DNA of 64,000 nucleotides from Eledone cirrhosa (Eukaryota). The first letter of the stretch is position 1. Each line of letters opens with the position of its first letter. The notes beneath the pieces are model-generated. The model was given only the letters and a program-made list of their open reading frames with translations, was not told the origin of the DNA and ran no database searches. Made by a program: the position numbers and the translations under genes. Location: positions 393,018,001-393,082,000 of the forward strand of contig OZ024740.1 of NCBI GenBank assembly GCA_964016885.1. The letters are read 5' to 3'. Shown here one piece after another: positions 1 through 13,998 of the stretch.

Positions 1-150
1 CTCCAGTTTTTATAATGACATCTGGAAAAGTTTGAAATGTCAACCATGTTCAGCTATACTTATTATCACGAAATATTCACCTGCTAACAATAAAAATGCA
101 CATTGCCTCCACCACTTCCACTGCTATATTCTATCATTTGTTTTCTATAG

Positions 151-255
151 TATATACAAATACCAGGATTAATGCTCCCAGGAAAAACTGCTTTTAAGAA
201 TATCAACAAAGAATTTCTTGAAAAACGGCGGCGTGGTTTAAATACTTATTTACAG
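151..255 (+). CDS. SNX13: Sorting nexin 13, internal exon (end of PX domain)
   Basis: ttctatag|...|gtaat; YIQIPGLMLPGKTAFKNINKEFLEKRRRGLNTYLQ matches the SNX13 PX motif LPGKKTFNNMDRDFLEKRKKDLNAYLQ; upstream exons lie outside the window. Confidence 0.92.
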
Positions 256-569
256 GTAATTAAATGATTTCATTTATTTATTTTGGAATAGAATTTAGTT
301 GTTGGAATGTACAAGTCTTTGATATTTGGTACTCTATGTAAACTGCAAGCTCTAATTTAACTTCACACAATTTTTGAGTTGTTTGGCAAAAGCTCAGAAT
401 GTTACCTTGGAAATATTTCTAAGTTCTTTAATGATGAATGAAAAAGATGAAAGAAGCACAAGAGAGTGTTGGGTCTCAGTATAGAAATATAATGGAATAG
501 ATATTTAATTTTACTCTCTGATCCTTCTTTAATATTTTTTCGTCAACAAGGAGTGTTTTATCCAAAATG

Positions 570-752
570 TGTAGGCGCCACAGAAAGAAGCACCCAGCAC
601 TCACTGTAAATGCGGTTGGTGTTAGGAAGGGCATCCAGCTGTAGAAATCAAGCCAAAATCAGTTCCTGTATGAGCAAGGCATGGTCAGCCAACCAGACAC
701 CGTCTAACCCATGCTAGCGTGGAAGAACGGACGTAAAACGGTGATGATGATA
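570..752 (+). mobile_element. RTE-derived bipartite SINE-like repeat
   Basis: GCACCCAG..CTGTAAA..GGTGTTAGGAAGGGCATCCAG plus CATGCTAGCGTGGAAGAACGGACGTAAAACG(ATG)n; nearly the same as 21826-22098; decayed copy at ~1890-2200. Confidence 0.8.
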
Positions 753-1410
753 AGGTACTATTAAATATACATGAGGTAATATGCGACCTCCTCCTTTCTG
801 ATAAGGGTTACTTTGATATTTATAGCTCCATTTACATTGTAGTGATTTCTTAACATGAAGTCATTTCATCTATCTATCTATCTATATATATCATTTCAAC
901 AAGTAGAGGAAAAAACTGGACGCCCATGAAACTAACCAGTTTCAAACAGTTGCAGTGGAGATGTCTCAATGATTAAGCTGTGAAGTTGCAGTGAAAAATT
1001 TGGACGCCATGAAATAAATAGAAATTAATATAGCAGTTTTTGTATATGTGTGTTTCTTCTTTATAGCCAGATCAGTGGAGACGGTTGCTTCTGACAGGAC
1101 CTGCTGGAAGGAGTGTTTGAGGACTCTACCCCCATGACCCCCTCAGGAATAAGTGGGTGAAGAAGTGTTCTTAAATGGCAGAAATGGCTGTCCCATGATG
1201 ATAATTTTTTAGGATATTTGATATAAAACTATCGGAAAGATATGTACATTGGTGATGATTTAAGGAAGCAAATGCAATGATTTCATGGGAAGTTGTGAAG
1301 ATTGGAATTAAATCATTGACTTCAAAAGAACAAGTCGGTGTATTTGTTTTTGTTTTTTTTAATATTGATTTCTTTGTGTGTAATTTTGTTAGGCATTATT
1401 TATTTTGTAG

Positions 1411-1521
1411 TTCCTCATGAATGTTGAGCTGTGGCAGTCATATCCAGGATTGGAGGATTTGTTAAATCAGTTTTTAGCACCTGGTCTTTGGGAAAAGCAC
1501 AAAAGTGAGCTGGCTCGTAAG
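1411..1521 (+). CDS. SNX13: SNX13 exon
   Basis: ttttgtag|...|gttag; FLMNVELWQSYPGLEDLLNQFLAPGLWEKHKSELARK, phase 0/0. Confidence 0.9.
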
Positions 1522-3929
1522 GTTAGATATCTTAATGTTTTTTTTTGTTTTATTTTACCCACTCAGATGGAGAAGGGAATATTCAAATGTTACCAATTAT
1601 GCAGTCAACATGTAAAACCTAGTTAGTTACTCTTTCATTCTAAGTACTATTGTTACTTAGAATAATAGTTTCTCCTATAAAAATACCTATTGTTTCTTAT
1701 GTTTCATTGGCAGTTCATTTCAAAATTAAACTGAACTGCAAATATTTTTACTAATGATAAATATGCATAAAAAGCTTTGTGCATACATAATGATATGTAA
1801 TTTAATATTGTGTGTACTAACATAAGTGGTTGGCATGCAAATAATAACAACATAGGATAAAATGAACTTCAGTCATTTCAAGGACCTATTTAATGCTGGT
1901 GCTATGGTAAAATGCATACACTCAGCAAAGCGTTTGTTGTTAGCAAGGGCAACCAGCGATAGAAACCATGCTAAAAAGGGCAGAGTGGACTTTTTGTTGC
2001 ATCAAGGATGAGAGAGTCTCTCTAGTGTTAGTTTCATGTTAGGAATAGTATCCGCCTGTAGAAATTATGCCAAAATGGAACATGTGCAAGATGTGGTCAG
2101 CTAACTCATCTCGGAGTAGAGTAGCTCTAATAACTTACTGATTTGTTCTTTAATGATATATCTGATCTATGCTAGCATGGAAAAACAAACGTAAAACAAT
2201 AATCACATTTACGGTATATGCCTGAAAATGCATGGTTATAAAGCAAACAGTTTAACCATGCAATTATATTTGTGCCTATACATACATGCATCCATCCACA
2301 CATATATATGTGTGCCTGTGGTATCAGTAAGACCATTTTTTGCTACTGTAATTGTATAAGCTTAACCATCGGGCGAATAACCTCTATAATAATAATCTTC
2401 ATTAATTTATACAAAGATACTGACATGCTTCATCTGGTTTTCACCAAATATATGACATTTTTTTTTGTAATAGATCTTTATTTAGATTGGGTGATACAAA
2501 ATAATATTGGCATCTATCTACTGTTATGTACCTACCTATATAAATATGTATTTACATTAAATTTTCTTTTGTTTGTTTGTTACTTACTGTATAAGGGATC
2601 TATAATCTGCTAGCCTATGACTTTGAATATAAAGTATATGTAAATGCTGTATACAACTATATTCAAAACCTGTATGTGTATGAAAAGGACTTCAGTCATA
2701 TAAAACTCATGAGAGAGCTTGCTAATTGGTTGTAGCTAAAATGATAGTCTCTTTGATATACAAAATTCTAGAGAGCTGTAGAAATATAGGGTTGATAAGT
2801 TAGCTATATAGAGATTGAAATGTTTGAAACTTTTAAGAATTTTATCCAATATCTTGTTTGATATATTTGTTAAATAATGTGAGCATTTTGAAACTTGTTT
2901 GAAAAACATTTGTCAAATTAAGATAATGATTTTTACTATTATCCTACACAAATCAAAGAAATATTTTCAATCCTGGATGTTGTTGATTTTTAGCCCCAGG
3001 TCATCTCCGATCAGCACAGACAAATAATCAAAAACATTCCTGCCATGACCATCTTATCTTTTTTCTCCGTCATTGTATATGCTGTGCTACATTATTGAAT
3101 GTCTATTTATTAAAGGTGGTTGGTGTGATTTGAGGAATATTCTGCTGCTATTTCTAACAGATTGAATGACCTTAAACACTCCCTTGTTGGTGAAAATTGT
3201 AATGCAGATGTTTACAGAGTTGTCATACAACACACAACAAACATTTTAAAGCTATTTTGTTACTACAGGAGTTAGCCTTGGAGGCACCATGGCAGGCTTC
3301 ATACTCACCATAGGCTCCTTTTTGAGGCATATTTTAAGGCTGATGTCAACCCTTTCAATTGCTTCTTTTTTAAGAACAACAAAAATAATTATTTAAATAA
3401 AAAGAAAAGAAATATCATTTATCAATTTTGTTTGATATATTTGAAAGAACTTTACTTAAGATTTCTATGAATAAAATAATGTGAAATTTGTGTTTGCTAA
3501 TTCGATCTCTTAAAAAAGTGAACAAAATAAAACTTTCCTTGTTATTAAATAAATAGAAATATTTTCAACCAAAATTAAACCTAAGTTGATATATATCTTT
3601 CATACCTGGACATGATTATTACACCAATCTACTTCACTCTATAATTTTCAATAATTTGCAATGTATGTTTGTTTATATCTTTTCTCTTATTTTGATATTT
3701 TAAGTGTCATGATGCTAGTATATGTATTTAATATTAATACACAATGAATTTGAAATTATTATTTAGATTTTTTTTGTGAAATTATTATTTAGATGTTTAT
3801 TTTAAATGATCATTTTATGAATTTAACATTATTTTTTGTGATGTATTTTTTTTGTATTTTTGCACTTGTTATTTTCCACTTTTTTTTTTGCTTTTTTGAT
3901 TATTTAAATGTTTTATTTTTTAAATTTAA

Positions 3930-4137
3930 TCCTTTAGCATTTACATTATTCTATATTTACTATTATAATTTCATGGTAAAGGCTTTATCTCACATAATAA
4001 CTAATCTATGAGATTTTGGTATTATTTATTTTGAGAAGAATACCTTAACATCAGTATGAGTGGCCAGTTATGGCTGGTTTAAAGAGAAAGAGGTGAGAGA
4101 ATTCTGGCCGGATATGGCCGGTTTAAATGTTAAAGGG
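3930..4137. mobile_element. piggyBac-type MITE
   Basis: TTAA flanks, TIR (c/t)cctttagcattt...aaatg(c/t)taaaggg; same family as the copies at 15.6, 15.8, 56.1 and 61.7 kb. Confidence 0.8.
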
Positions 4138-4715
4138 TTAAATATAAAATTTTGATGTATTTCACTTTGCTATTGTGTTGTCTTCATTGTAACACTTTAA
4201 TGCTTGCAGTTTTTAATAACATGGAAGAGGTTTTGAGCTTTGAGCAAAAACAATATTTTATACTTTAGCAAGTCAGCATTTTATGCTTGTGTCTTTGCTT
4301 TTTTTTTTTTTTGTGCGAGAAAAATGTTTTGTTATAATATCAGTGTAAGCTTCTTACAGTTGTAACATATTTAGATTGAAAGAAGAAACCATTATATATA
4401 TATATGAATCTATAATATAGTATTTACTTTTTTATTTTTCTGGGTGGAATCAACACATATAAAGGTGTATTTTCTTCTAGGAACATCTCTTTCTCCCTTG
4501 AACCTTAACTTGTTTAAATTGCACTAAAACCAACCTTATTTCTTTATCTGCATCTGCTAAACCTACTTTATTGTATCACTGGGATTTGAAACTGCATATT
4601 GGTATCACCGTATTGCAGTGAAATTCAGTATTGTTGAACTAACACTGGTATCTGTTCTTCAAACTCATATTAACTAACAACAGCCATCTTGCTCCCCCCA
4701 CTAGAAATTTCTAAA

Positions 4716-4868
4716 ACTACTACCACTACTATTACTACCACCACTAATACCACTACTACTACCGCCACTAATACCACTACTATTACTACCACCACTAATA
4801 CCACTACTACCGCCGCCACTAATACCACTACTATTACTACCACCACTAATACCACTACTACTATTACT
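4716..4868. repeat. Compound (ACT/ACC/ATT)n trinucleotide microsatellite in intron
   Basis: Direct inspection. Confidence 0.9.
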
Positions 4869-4930
4869 CTTTTTGTCTCTGAACACCAACCCAATATTTT
4901 CTTTTGTTTCATGCACTACTTTCCTTACAG

Positions 4931-5041
4931 ATGGAAATTCTTGTGACTCCTCTTCGTAGTTCTGTGCGGACTGTTGGAACTGCTGTCAAACATATGCCAG
5001 ATGTGGCAGAAGGTGTGGGCAAGTTGTTTAATGTCAAAGGG
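4931..5041 (+). CDS. SNX13: SNX13 exon
   Basis: ccttacag|...|gtaag; MEILVTPLRSSVRTVGTAVKHMPDVAEGVGK resembles MDTFVNPLRNSMRNVSNAVKSLPD. Confidence 0.9.
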
Positions 5042-7693
5042 GTAAGACGTGCCATTGTACTAGAAGATATAGCTATTTCTAATAAGTAATCTGTTAGATT
5101 AGAACCCAATGTTAAACATTTAGGCGCTGGTGATTTAGACATGGCATAAGGAGAGAAATAGGTTTTCTTTAAAAATATTTGATGTACAAAACACACATAC
5201 ATGAAAATATAAATGAAATTTTAGATAGAAACTTTTTGTTCATCTCAATTCAAGAGTGGATACTCCCAAATTAAAACCATCATATATTCATGTGCATGAA
5301 TACATGACTGATGCAAATGAGACAATAGATACCATTATCATTTGCAATTTATTAATTCATTCTTGTATTCATTCATCTATTCTTGTATCACATCAATTGC
5401 TACATGAGTCTAGGTTTCATCCCCCTAACACTGGACACATGAAGGTTATTGCTACTTTTGTTGATATTAAATGCGGCTCTCTTTTTCTAAACTCTGGATG
5501 TGTAGTTTTTGTATAATGTTATTGATTTTTCATTTGATTTTGTTTAGGGATGTTTGTATTAGAAATGTTGCATATCATAGTTCTTTTGCTTTTACTAGCT
5601 GGAGTCTCATCTATAAACTAATATAGATAAAAAAGAAGCTTAAAGCTTTTTCTGAGCTGAAGAGTGTTACCAACATTAATTATTTGATTGTGAAATTATC
5701 CCAACAACAAGAAAGCAATGTTCTTAAAGTTGAACAATATTTGCTTTGAGTGGATGGATGCTAGAAGAAAATCTTTCAATTTCTGTATGTTAGAGTAGGT
5801 AATTTAGGAAATATATTTCTGTTACACATATCAGAACGAATTCTGAACTGCCATTTCTGGATGCACGAACAACAACTAAAGTTACTGCAAATACTAGGTG
5901 TAACAATTTCTGATAACCTTGCATTGTCACTGCCTCATATATATATATGACATTACCAAAACTGCATAATAAAGACTGTAAAATCTGAGTAAAAGAAATC
6001 AGAATCAGTTTTTGAAAATGGAAAGGTTTAACTTGAGCAAATGCTAACTTTAATTTGATATATTGAGCAGGATCTTTCCTGTATTCAAACAAAAGCATCA
6101 AGATCAATATTAGCTGAGATAATCTCTTTTACTTAGACATGATGTTTAACATGTTGAAGGAAGAAGAAATGTAAAGTTATAATTTCCATACCATTCTAAG
6201 GCTTGTGAAACAGCATAAGGAAAATACAATGAATTAGTTCTAAATGACAATTAATATTATGTAGATTGCAGATTCAATTTCTGGTGAGTTAATTTCTACT
6301 ACTTGCTTACTCCTTCTAGATAACTAAAATTATTGAACTATGCTAGAATTGCAATAAAACTAATGGGGATCTATTAACCTGTAATTCATATTTTCTTGAG
6401 AAATTGGAATCATGAAGAATATGTTCATTTGGTTAGAAAAAAGAAGTAAATTGTCATAGCATTTATTTCATCAAAATCATTGAAACATTTTTACTTTTTC
6501 TATGGAATTCCATAAAAAATTGGAAATATTAATGGTCAATATTTACTAGTCATATTTACACACTACTGCTACTGACTCCAAATCCTTCACCTGCATGAAT
6601 TTTACTATTCTCTCATACACTTTGTGTAATATCTCTCACTTAATTATCATTTCTATTGTGTGAGTATCCTTGTTTTCTCTCCATTTACAATGCTGCCTCC
6701 AAAATCAATGTCTTTCTATCCATCTTCCTCATAGCACAAAATATTCACAATTAATCTTAAACTGAAACTTTTCACTCTTGGTTCCTTAAAACAATGTTCT
6801 TTCTTCTCTTGTATGATGTTGCATTAAGATAGATATTTAAAAATATAATCAGTTTTTTAATGTTTCTCAGAACACCTTAAATAAGGATAACTCTATGATC
6901 TGAGACAGTCTCCTTGCTAAGCAGATGTATTTAATACATCTGCTTAGCAATATTTAGCTAAGCTTTATGCTGTTTAATTCCAGTCATCTCAGGAAGTTAT
7001 ACATAATTGATATTTCCCTTTATTTTCAAGTCACTGAAAAACTGTAGCTATTTGAAAACTGTTATTAAATTATACTTTTTTGTATGAAAATACAGTCAGT
7101 CTTACTGTAAAGGTTTGCTAAAGCAGAACTTACAACAAAACTTTCCACAACTTTACCAAACTCATTAGGATGGCACAGCATCAATATATATACAATAATG
7201 TTAAATTTTCCTCCGAAGGAGAACTTCAAATTCTTATTTCCCGCATAATGTTAGACTTGCTATAAAAATACCTAAACATTATACTTACCAAAATAATAGT
7301 AAAGTTAACTACAGATGTTGACTTAGCACTGATTTAGCATATAGCTGTATTCTTATTGAGAGTTCTAAAATGATGATATCCTGATAGTGAACTTACTAGA
7401 AAACATAAATGAAAATAATGCAGTAATGTTAAAATGCAAATAATGAAACTATTCACTAATCATTAGAAAAGCTATTTGTATGCTTTGGTGAGCAATATTT
7501 TTTCCTTTAATTTGTGCTTAAATCATGCAATCTTTTTAGACTGTATGTGCTCGTGGATGTAATTGTTGTAAATGATGTTAGTTAGTGCTTTTGTTTAAAA
7601 CAACACAAAAACATGAAAAACTTAAATATTTATATCAAATTTTGAGAAAGACTTATCTTTGCTATGCTTATGAATATTTAATTTCCTTCCTAG

Positions 7694-7762
7694 CTAACGG
7701 CTAATTTATCTCGCAGTGAAGCTTTGGATAGTGGTAAAGTGGGTGCAGGACTCGACCCAGAT
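7694..7762 (+). CDS. SNX13: SNX13 small exon
   Basis: ttcctag|...|gtaagt; 69 nt, LTANLSRSEALDSGKVGAGLDPD, keeps frame. Confidence 0.82.
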
Positions 7763-8795
7763 GTAAGTAATCATGAAACAACATTAAATTCTTTCTTTAG
7801 AACAATATATAATTATTTCTCAGTCTGACACAAGGCAGTATAGTTGTTGGAAGGGTGCAAAGCAACTTTACTTTGGTAGGGTTTTAATTCAGAGCAAGAG
7901 GTATGAAACTAAATACCGCAAGGTATTTAGTTCAATACTCCACCATTTATAAAAATAATAAGGATGTTTTTATATTGGCACAAAACCACAAATAGGAAAT
8001 CAATTAAATTAACCTCAGAACACACCTGACCCTTATTTTATTAACCCAAGAGAGGAGAAAGAAAATTATTAATAATTGGCTACTATTTATCCAATTGACT
8101 TTACTCTTTACAAATATGAAATAACACCATCATGTAATGTCCATTTTCCCCTGCTGCTGATGATGATAATATTTCATACATTGCCCCAAGGCCACATTAT
8201 TGTTATTATTGCTGGGAAATTCAATAGCTAAAAGAAGTATAGGACTGACAAATTTCTACGTCACATGTTTCATTAGGTGCTTCAGCAAGACATTTAGGTA
8301 TACTTACCAAAATGTTAATGTCTAATTAAAATAGCATTATCATAAATATAAATATTATTTAAGAGTGGAAAACTTGGGCCAGATGATATAAAGTGGAGAT
8401 TTGAGAATGTATGTGTAGGACCTCCATTGATTCTGCTGCTGAGAGTCGAACTCGTGGCTTTATGATTGTGAAGTACTTAACTTGATTATTTGTGAAATTG
8501 TCTAAAGTGAACTTCGACATGAAAACTGATTAAATATGTGAAGTAATCCATTAGTCCATTAATCAAACATTTATAATTCCATACTGCACTACATTTTCCA
8601 TTATACTGTTTGTGAGTTAGTCAAAGAATATTGTAGCTAATTAAAAAAAAAAAGAGATAGTTGTGACTAATGTATAAAAATCTATGCGTAAACCATTGTT
8701 TTTGTATAAGTGATAATCTTAATGTTTTGTTGAAAGATGAAAAATTAAAAGCAGTACAAAAGAATTGCTTCAAAGAACCTGTTTGATTATTTCAG

Positions 8796-8941
8796 GTGGG
8801 AGAAAACATACCTCTTCGCATTCTTTTGTTACTAATGGATGAAGTGTTTGACTTGAGACAAAAGAACCAATGGCTTCGTCGTCGACTTGTTGCTATTCTT
8901 CGACAGTTAATCAAAGCCACTTTTGGAGACATGATCAATAG
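8796..8941 (+). CDS. SNX13: SNX13 exon (PXC/Nexin_C start)
   Basis: tttcag|...|gtgatt; VGENIPLRILLLLMDEVFDLRQKNQWLRRRLVAILRQLIKATFGDMINR. Confidence 0.95.
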
Positions 8942-9230
8942 GTGATTTTTTGTTGTTTTTGTTTTTGTTTTTTTTGTTGTAATTTCAGATATCATAACAA
9001 TTATATCTGTTTTCTCACTTCTCTTGTTCCTTTATTTATCTATCATTATCCATTCACATTTATCTCTACATCTATCTGTCAACATTTATTTGTTCATATA
9101 ACATTCTATTATGCTATCCATCCATTTAGCATTCTATTTATTTACCTGTATATGTACCTCTTCATTGGTCTCTGTCTTCTGTATTATTACTCATTCAGCT
9201 AATACCTGTATATATATTTTTTTTCTTCAG

Positions 9231-9299
9231 GAAAATAGTGGAACATGTTGATTGGATGACATCAGCTGAACAGATGGCAGAATATGTGAAAACTTTCAG
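9231..9299 (+). CDS. SNX13: SNX13 exon
   Basis: ttcttcag|...|gttgg; KIVEHVDWMTSAEQMAEYVKTFR. Confidence 0.95.
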
Positions 9300-9678
9300 G
9301 TTGGCACTTCATTTTATGAGAATTTCAACAAGATTAGTAGTTATTTCTTAATACTTCAATTATTTCTCTTCATATAGTATATATCATTCATCATCAACAA
9401 ATTTTTACTTTTCCATGTTGGCATGAGTTGGATAAATTTGGTCTACATTTCATAATGTATCTCGATTCTGTATCAATTCAACTGTAAGTTCCAGCAATCA
9501 CAGATCTTGCTACAATATTCCAATTAATGGACTTTCATGAATTATTCTTTGTTTTAGTATGTTCTAATTTTCTTTTGACAACATAATTTGTTGTTAATTT
9601 GAAGAAAATAAACATAAAATCTTGTTATTTTATAATTTAAGTTCATTAACAATTTTTTTTTTTATGTTCTTTGTTTAG

Positions 9679-9791
9679 AGATTCTTTTTGGCCATATGGT
9701 TCCCTTGCTGACAGGAATCCTGCAAGAGATGAAAATACCAAGCTGCGAACTAGAGTTGTGTGCAGGGCTAGAATGCTAGGCAGCATTCCAG
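9679..9791 (+). CDS. SNX13: SNX13 exon
   Basis: gtttag|...|gttagt; DSFWPYGSLADRNPARDENTKLRTRVVCRARMLGSIP. Confidence 0.93.
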
Positions 9792-9932
9792 GTTAGTAAC
9801 TATTTACATAGTTGGCTAGCTGGGAGGGCAGACAGATACACATACAAACACTCTTTTTTTTTCTATTTAATTATTTTTATTTCCACTGCTAATATACTTC
9901 TCTAATACAGTGTATTCTTGCTCTAATTTCAG

Positions 9933-10195
9933 ATGAAATGCGTCATTTAATGGGCAATGAAACCGTCAAGATGGGCGTAGTCCGTGTATTTAATATGTTC
10001 CAACACAAAAACCTCAATAAACGTTTAGTGTATGTCTTCCTTGAAGGAATGCTGGAGACTTTATTTCCTCAGAACAAATTCAATGAGATATTCCATAAAC
10101 TACATTCCAAATCCCAGCGTCAGAAATCCAGTAGCTGCAGCTCTACAAAAGAGTCTCTTTGTAGACACAATTCAGGCCAGTTAGCAGTAAGATGA
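9933..10195 (+). CDS. SNX13: SNX13 last coding exon
   Basis: tttcag|; EMRHLMGNETVKMGVVRVFNMFQHKNLNKRLVYVFLEGMLETLFPQNKF...TGA. Confidence 0.95.
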
Positions 10196-10604
10196 CATGG
10201 TTGACAATCATCAGTATTTTTTGGAGTTCTTTTTCTTTTATATACTTCAATCCTCCCTCACAGTGACACAAGTATCCTCAGAATTTTTCTTGCTGCCAAT
10301 GGTTAAGGTATTTATTGAGAGGACTCTGTGTCTAGTCAGTTGGTGTTGCTCAATCCTTCCAACGTCTGATAATGTTTTGAGTGATCATGTCAAAATATTT
10401 TTTGAGATGAGAACAGAGAAGCATTTTGCCAATGTAGACTAGTGAGAACTGCTGGATATTGACTGGAAATTAATCCTTCTTATTTTGGAGAGAAATTAAG
10501 CAAAGTTATTTAAAAATAACAAAAATGATAAACACAAAACATTTCATAGCAAACGATTTTTCCTTTCAATTTTTATTTTTTTAAAAGCAATCGCACACCT
10601 TCAA

Positions 10605-10615
10605 AATAAAATAAA
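10605..10615 (+). promoter_or_regulatory. Candidate SNX13 polyadenylation signal (overlapping AATAAA)
   Basis: aataaaataaa ~410 nt after the stop; the AT-rich context makes a chance match likely. Confidence 0.3.
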
Positions 10616-10872
10616 AAAGTATTAAAATCAAGTATGGCAATTTGAAGGGAAGAAAAACAAAACAAAACAAAACAAAACATTATTTTCTCTTAAACAAAAA
10701 GAAAAAAAAATTCTTATGATGATATACATGATTCTAGCAACTTAAATCCCTACCTGTGAACTGTTGCTGTGACAATAAGAAATGTTATCATAATACGAAA
10801 ACAAAGGAATGCCTGGAAATTGTGGCTGAGAAATTAAAGCAGACCATCTGAAGCAGAAATGGCATCATTTTA

Positions 10873-12039
10873 CAGGGTGTGTCAGTCTTTTTTAGGACAT
10901 TTGCATGTATTTAGAAAAAGATGCTTAGCACATCAAAGAAATGCTATATTTAGATACAAATTGGTACAAATATTATTTACAATACATTTATGATATCTAT
11001 TTAATGAATCTTCTGTTAACTTCAATGACTGCTTCATTACGGTGTCTGAAGCATTGGCATGCCCAAATCAGATGACTTCTATCAATACTGGGCATTGTGT
11101 GCTTGTAATGGCTGACTTGAGAGATTGTGTAGTGTAACGAGGGGGATGATTGACCTCTCTTTCAACTACACCCCATACAAGATTGAAATCTGGGGAGCTA
11201 GGAGGCATGTGTCTGGAAGAACATGATGACGAAGATTGTCACACATCCATGCTTGTGTCGTTCTGGCATTATGAAAGGGTGTGAAGTCTTGTTGGAAGAC
11301 GAACGATCTTCCTTGCTTACCTTGTCTATCACAACTGTCTCCAACACCTCTTTGTAGACGGTAGCATTGACTTTTAAGCCGTGCCACTCAGAACCATCAC
11401 AGTTGCTGGAAATTTGGTGTGCATGACTGTTGGAACCTCATTTAGGTCTCTGCTCAGCCATCTATTCCTTCAGTTTACCTTTTGGCCATGATCAAAGTTT
11501 TTCTCATCAGAAAAGAACCAAAGCATTCCAACGTCTCAATCTTATTCAGTAATCACTTTGCATGGACCAAACGATTTTCTTCTGTCACATACAACATTAA
11601 CTGGCCTCTATGCATCACATATCACTTGTATCGGATGTCTACATGGACAACTCTTCTAGTGGTGCATTCTGGAACCTTGAAGATGGCTCTGATTGACTTT
11701 CCTGGGGTTTATTGATTAATTTTAAAACTTTTTTTACAAACTTAGGCATTCTGATTGTATTAGAACATTGTGCATGCATTTTGCACTTGGCTGCCAATGT
11801 TGGATCCCCGTCAGCAGCTTCCAGATCCTTTCTAACTTTGGAAGGATCAGGCAACTTTCAAGAAGGAAGCTATCTCTGTATCACTATGCTGTGTTTTTAA
11901 GGCAATGATTACAGCATGCCTTTTCATTTCAGTCAATTTAATGTCTGACATTATTTCTCTAAAGATTAAAAAAAACAAATTAGTAATAAGAAAATTAGAG
12001 CTCAAGAAAGAGGTGTCCTAAGAAACCTAACACACCCCG
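10873..12039 (-). mobile_element. Decayed Tc1/mariner-superfamily transposon (maT/DD37D-like)
   Basis: TIRs cagggtgtgtcag..ttaggaca / tgtcctaa..ctaacacaccccg with TA on the left; minus-strand remnant FVFQQDFTPFHNARTTQAWMCDN; many frameshifts. Confidence 0.8.
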
Positions 12040-12298
12040 TGAATGAATGCTGAACGTTTTTCCTTTTTTTTTTTTTGTATGTGTGATTTACAGAGTGAAG
12101 TAATGAATTTTCTATTACATTTATTATAAAACAAAATCAGCTGTACTAGTTTTCCACACTCTCTCTCTCTCTCTCTACATCTGTGTGTGTCTCTATATAT
12201 ACATGTATGTACATACACACATGCAAACACACACACACACACACACACAATACATTGATATGTAAATCGTCACCCACTCTCCCTGTTGGGAAGGGTTG

Positions 12299-12349
<51 letters not shown>

Positions 12350-12685
12350 ATAAACCTGATTTTATTACAGAACAAAACTGGTGTATTCTAATTAATGAGA
12401 GGTAGTGATGCTCTGATATAAGGTGATTGAGATGTTCATGGGTTGCATATTGAATCATATATGAAATGTTCATGTAAATATTTTTGTAGCCTTGATATGA
12501 ATTTTAAAAACAGTGAATCATCCACCACTAGTAATAGCAACCAAGGGAGAACACCCTGACAATTGTTAAAGAACCAGAAATGGTGCCATCTGGGTGCTTT
12601 CCCTTGGTTGCTAAGACTGGTGGTGGATGTGTGTGTGTGTATATATATATTTAAACACACACATATATTCATATCTAGATATATA

Positions 12686-13954
12686 TGAGTGGAAGTCAAA
12701 AGTCATACGCACTCCTTTTCTGTAATTGATTAAAATAAAAGCAGGGGTTGAACAATTACATCGTTGTTCAGCATAGTCTCCTTGCTTTTCGATGCAATTC
12801 TTCCAGTGGTTCATAAGCTTGCTTAATCCATTGGAGAAAAAGGTTTTTGGCCATTTATGCACTGCTTCTTGTACTTCCTCTGTAGCAAATCAACGACCTC
12901 ATAAAAAATGTTTGAGCCGTCCAAAGATGTGATAGTCAGAAGGGCCGAGATCTGGACTGTGTAAGGTATTCCAGTAACTCAAAATCCAACTTTTCAATGG
13001 TGTGGGCAGCCGAATGTTGGCATGCATTGTCATGCAACAATACCACATTGACAACAGACCTCGGCATTTGGTGCAAATTGCTGGTTTCAGTTTGTTGGCC
13101 AGCATTTCACTATTGCCTACACAGGTAACTATTGACACCTTTTTCAGGTAATGTTCCAGTATAGGCTGTTTTGCGTGTCAAAAAATGGTTAGCATCACTT
13201 TTTCTGCGGAAGGTTGACTCGAATTGCTTTTTGCTGCCGATCCCGGGTTTTTCTTCTCCATACTCTGCCATGTAGATTGAGGCTCCAAGTGATGGACCTA
13301 GGCCTTATCTCTTGTGACTATTCTCTCCAAAAAACTTCACCTTTATTGTTGTAGTGATTGAATAAACGTTGACAGATCTCCACACAATTGCATTTCTGCA
13401 CTTCAGTAAGCTCTCTTGGCACCCTTTTTGCACAGACTTTATGGAAGCGAAGCTTGTCATGGATGATTTTGAACCATGACTAATTTGTAGAGAACATGCC
13501 ACCTCATCAATGGTCTCTCGTCGGTTCACCAGAACTATCTCTTGAGCTTGTTGAACTTCACATCAGTGGTAGAGGTTAATGGGCGTTCTGCTCCCTTTTC
13601 ATGCTTCATACTTGTCCAGCCATTTTAAAACTTCTTGATCCACTCATACACACATCTACACAATACATACATCTACACAGTAGAGCACTGTATTGTACTG
13701 AAAGCCTGTGATCAATTTCAACCGCTGACAGGCCTTCAGACCAGAGAAATCAGATCTTTGATCTCTCGTGCGCACTACCAGCAGAGGGACCATTTTTACT
13801 CTGTAACACAAGAAACAAAAATAAAGCAATCACGGTCATTCCTCGGTTACGATGCCACACGAGTACCACCTTTTAGCATGCCAATCTAGAAGGCAGTGCA
13901 GCTAACCTGAAGAAAGTTTTGGTGAAAGTGCAAATAACTTTTTACTCTTACCCT

Positions 13955-13956
<2 letters not shown>
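12686..13956 (-). mobile_element. Decayed mariner transposon
   Basis: Degenerate TIRs (tgagtggaagtcaaaagt / actttttactcttacccttg); transposase remnants HSPDLGPSDYHIFGRLK and WKNCIEKQGDY. Confidence 0.88.

Positions 13957-13998
<42 letters not shown>

Noticed and set aside
4670-4946. Thr-, Val- and Gly/Ser-rich ORFs
   Set aside because: Intronic trinucleotide microsatellite read in different frames
10197-10442. 81-aa ORF right after the SNX13 stop
   Set aside because: No recognisable similarity; most likely 3' UTR
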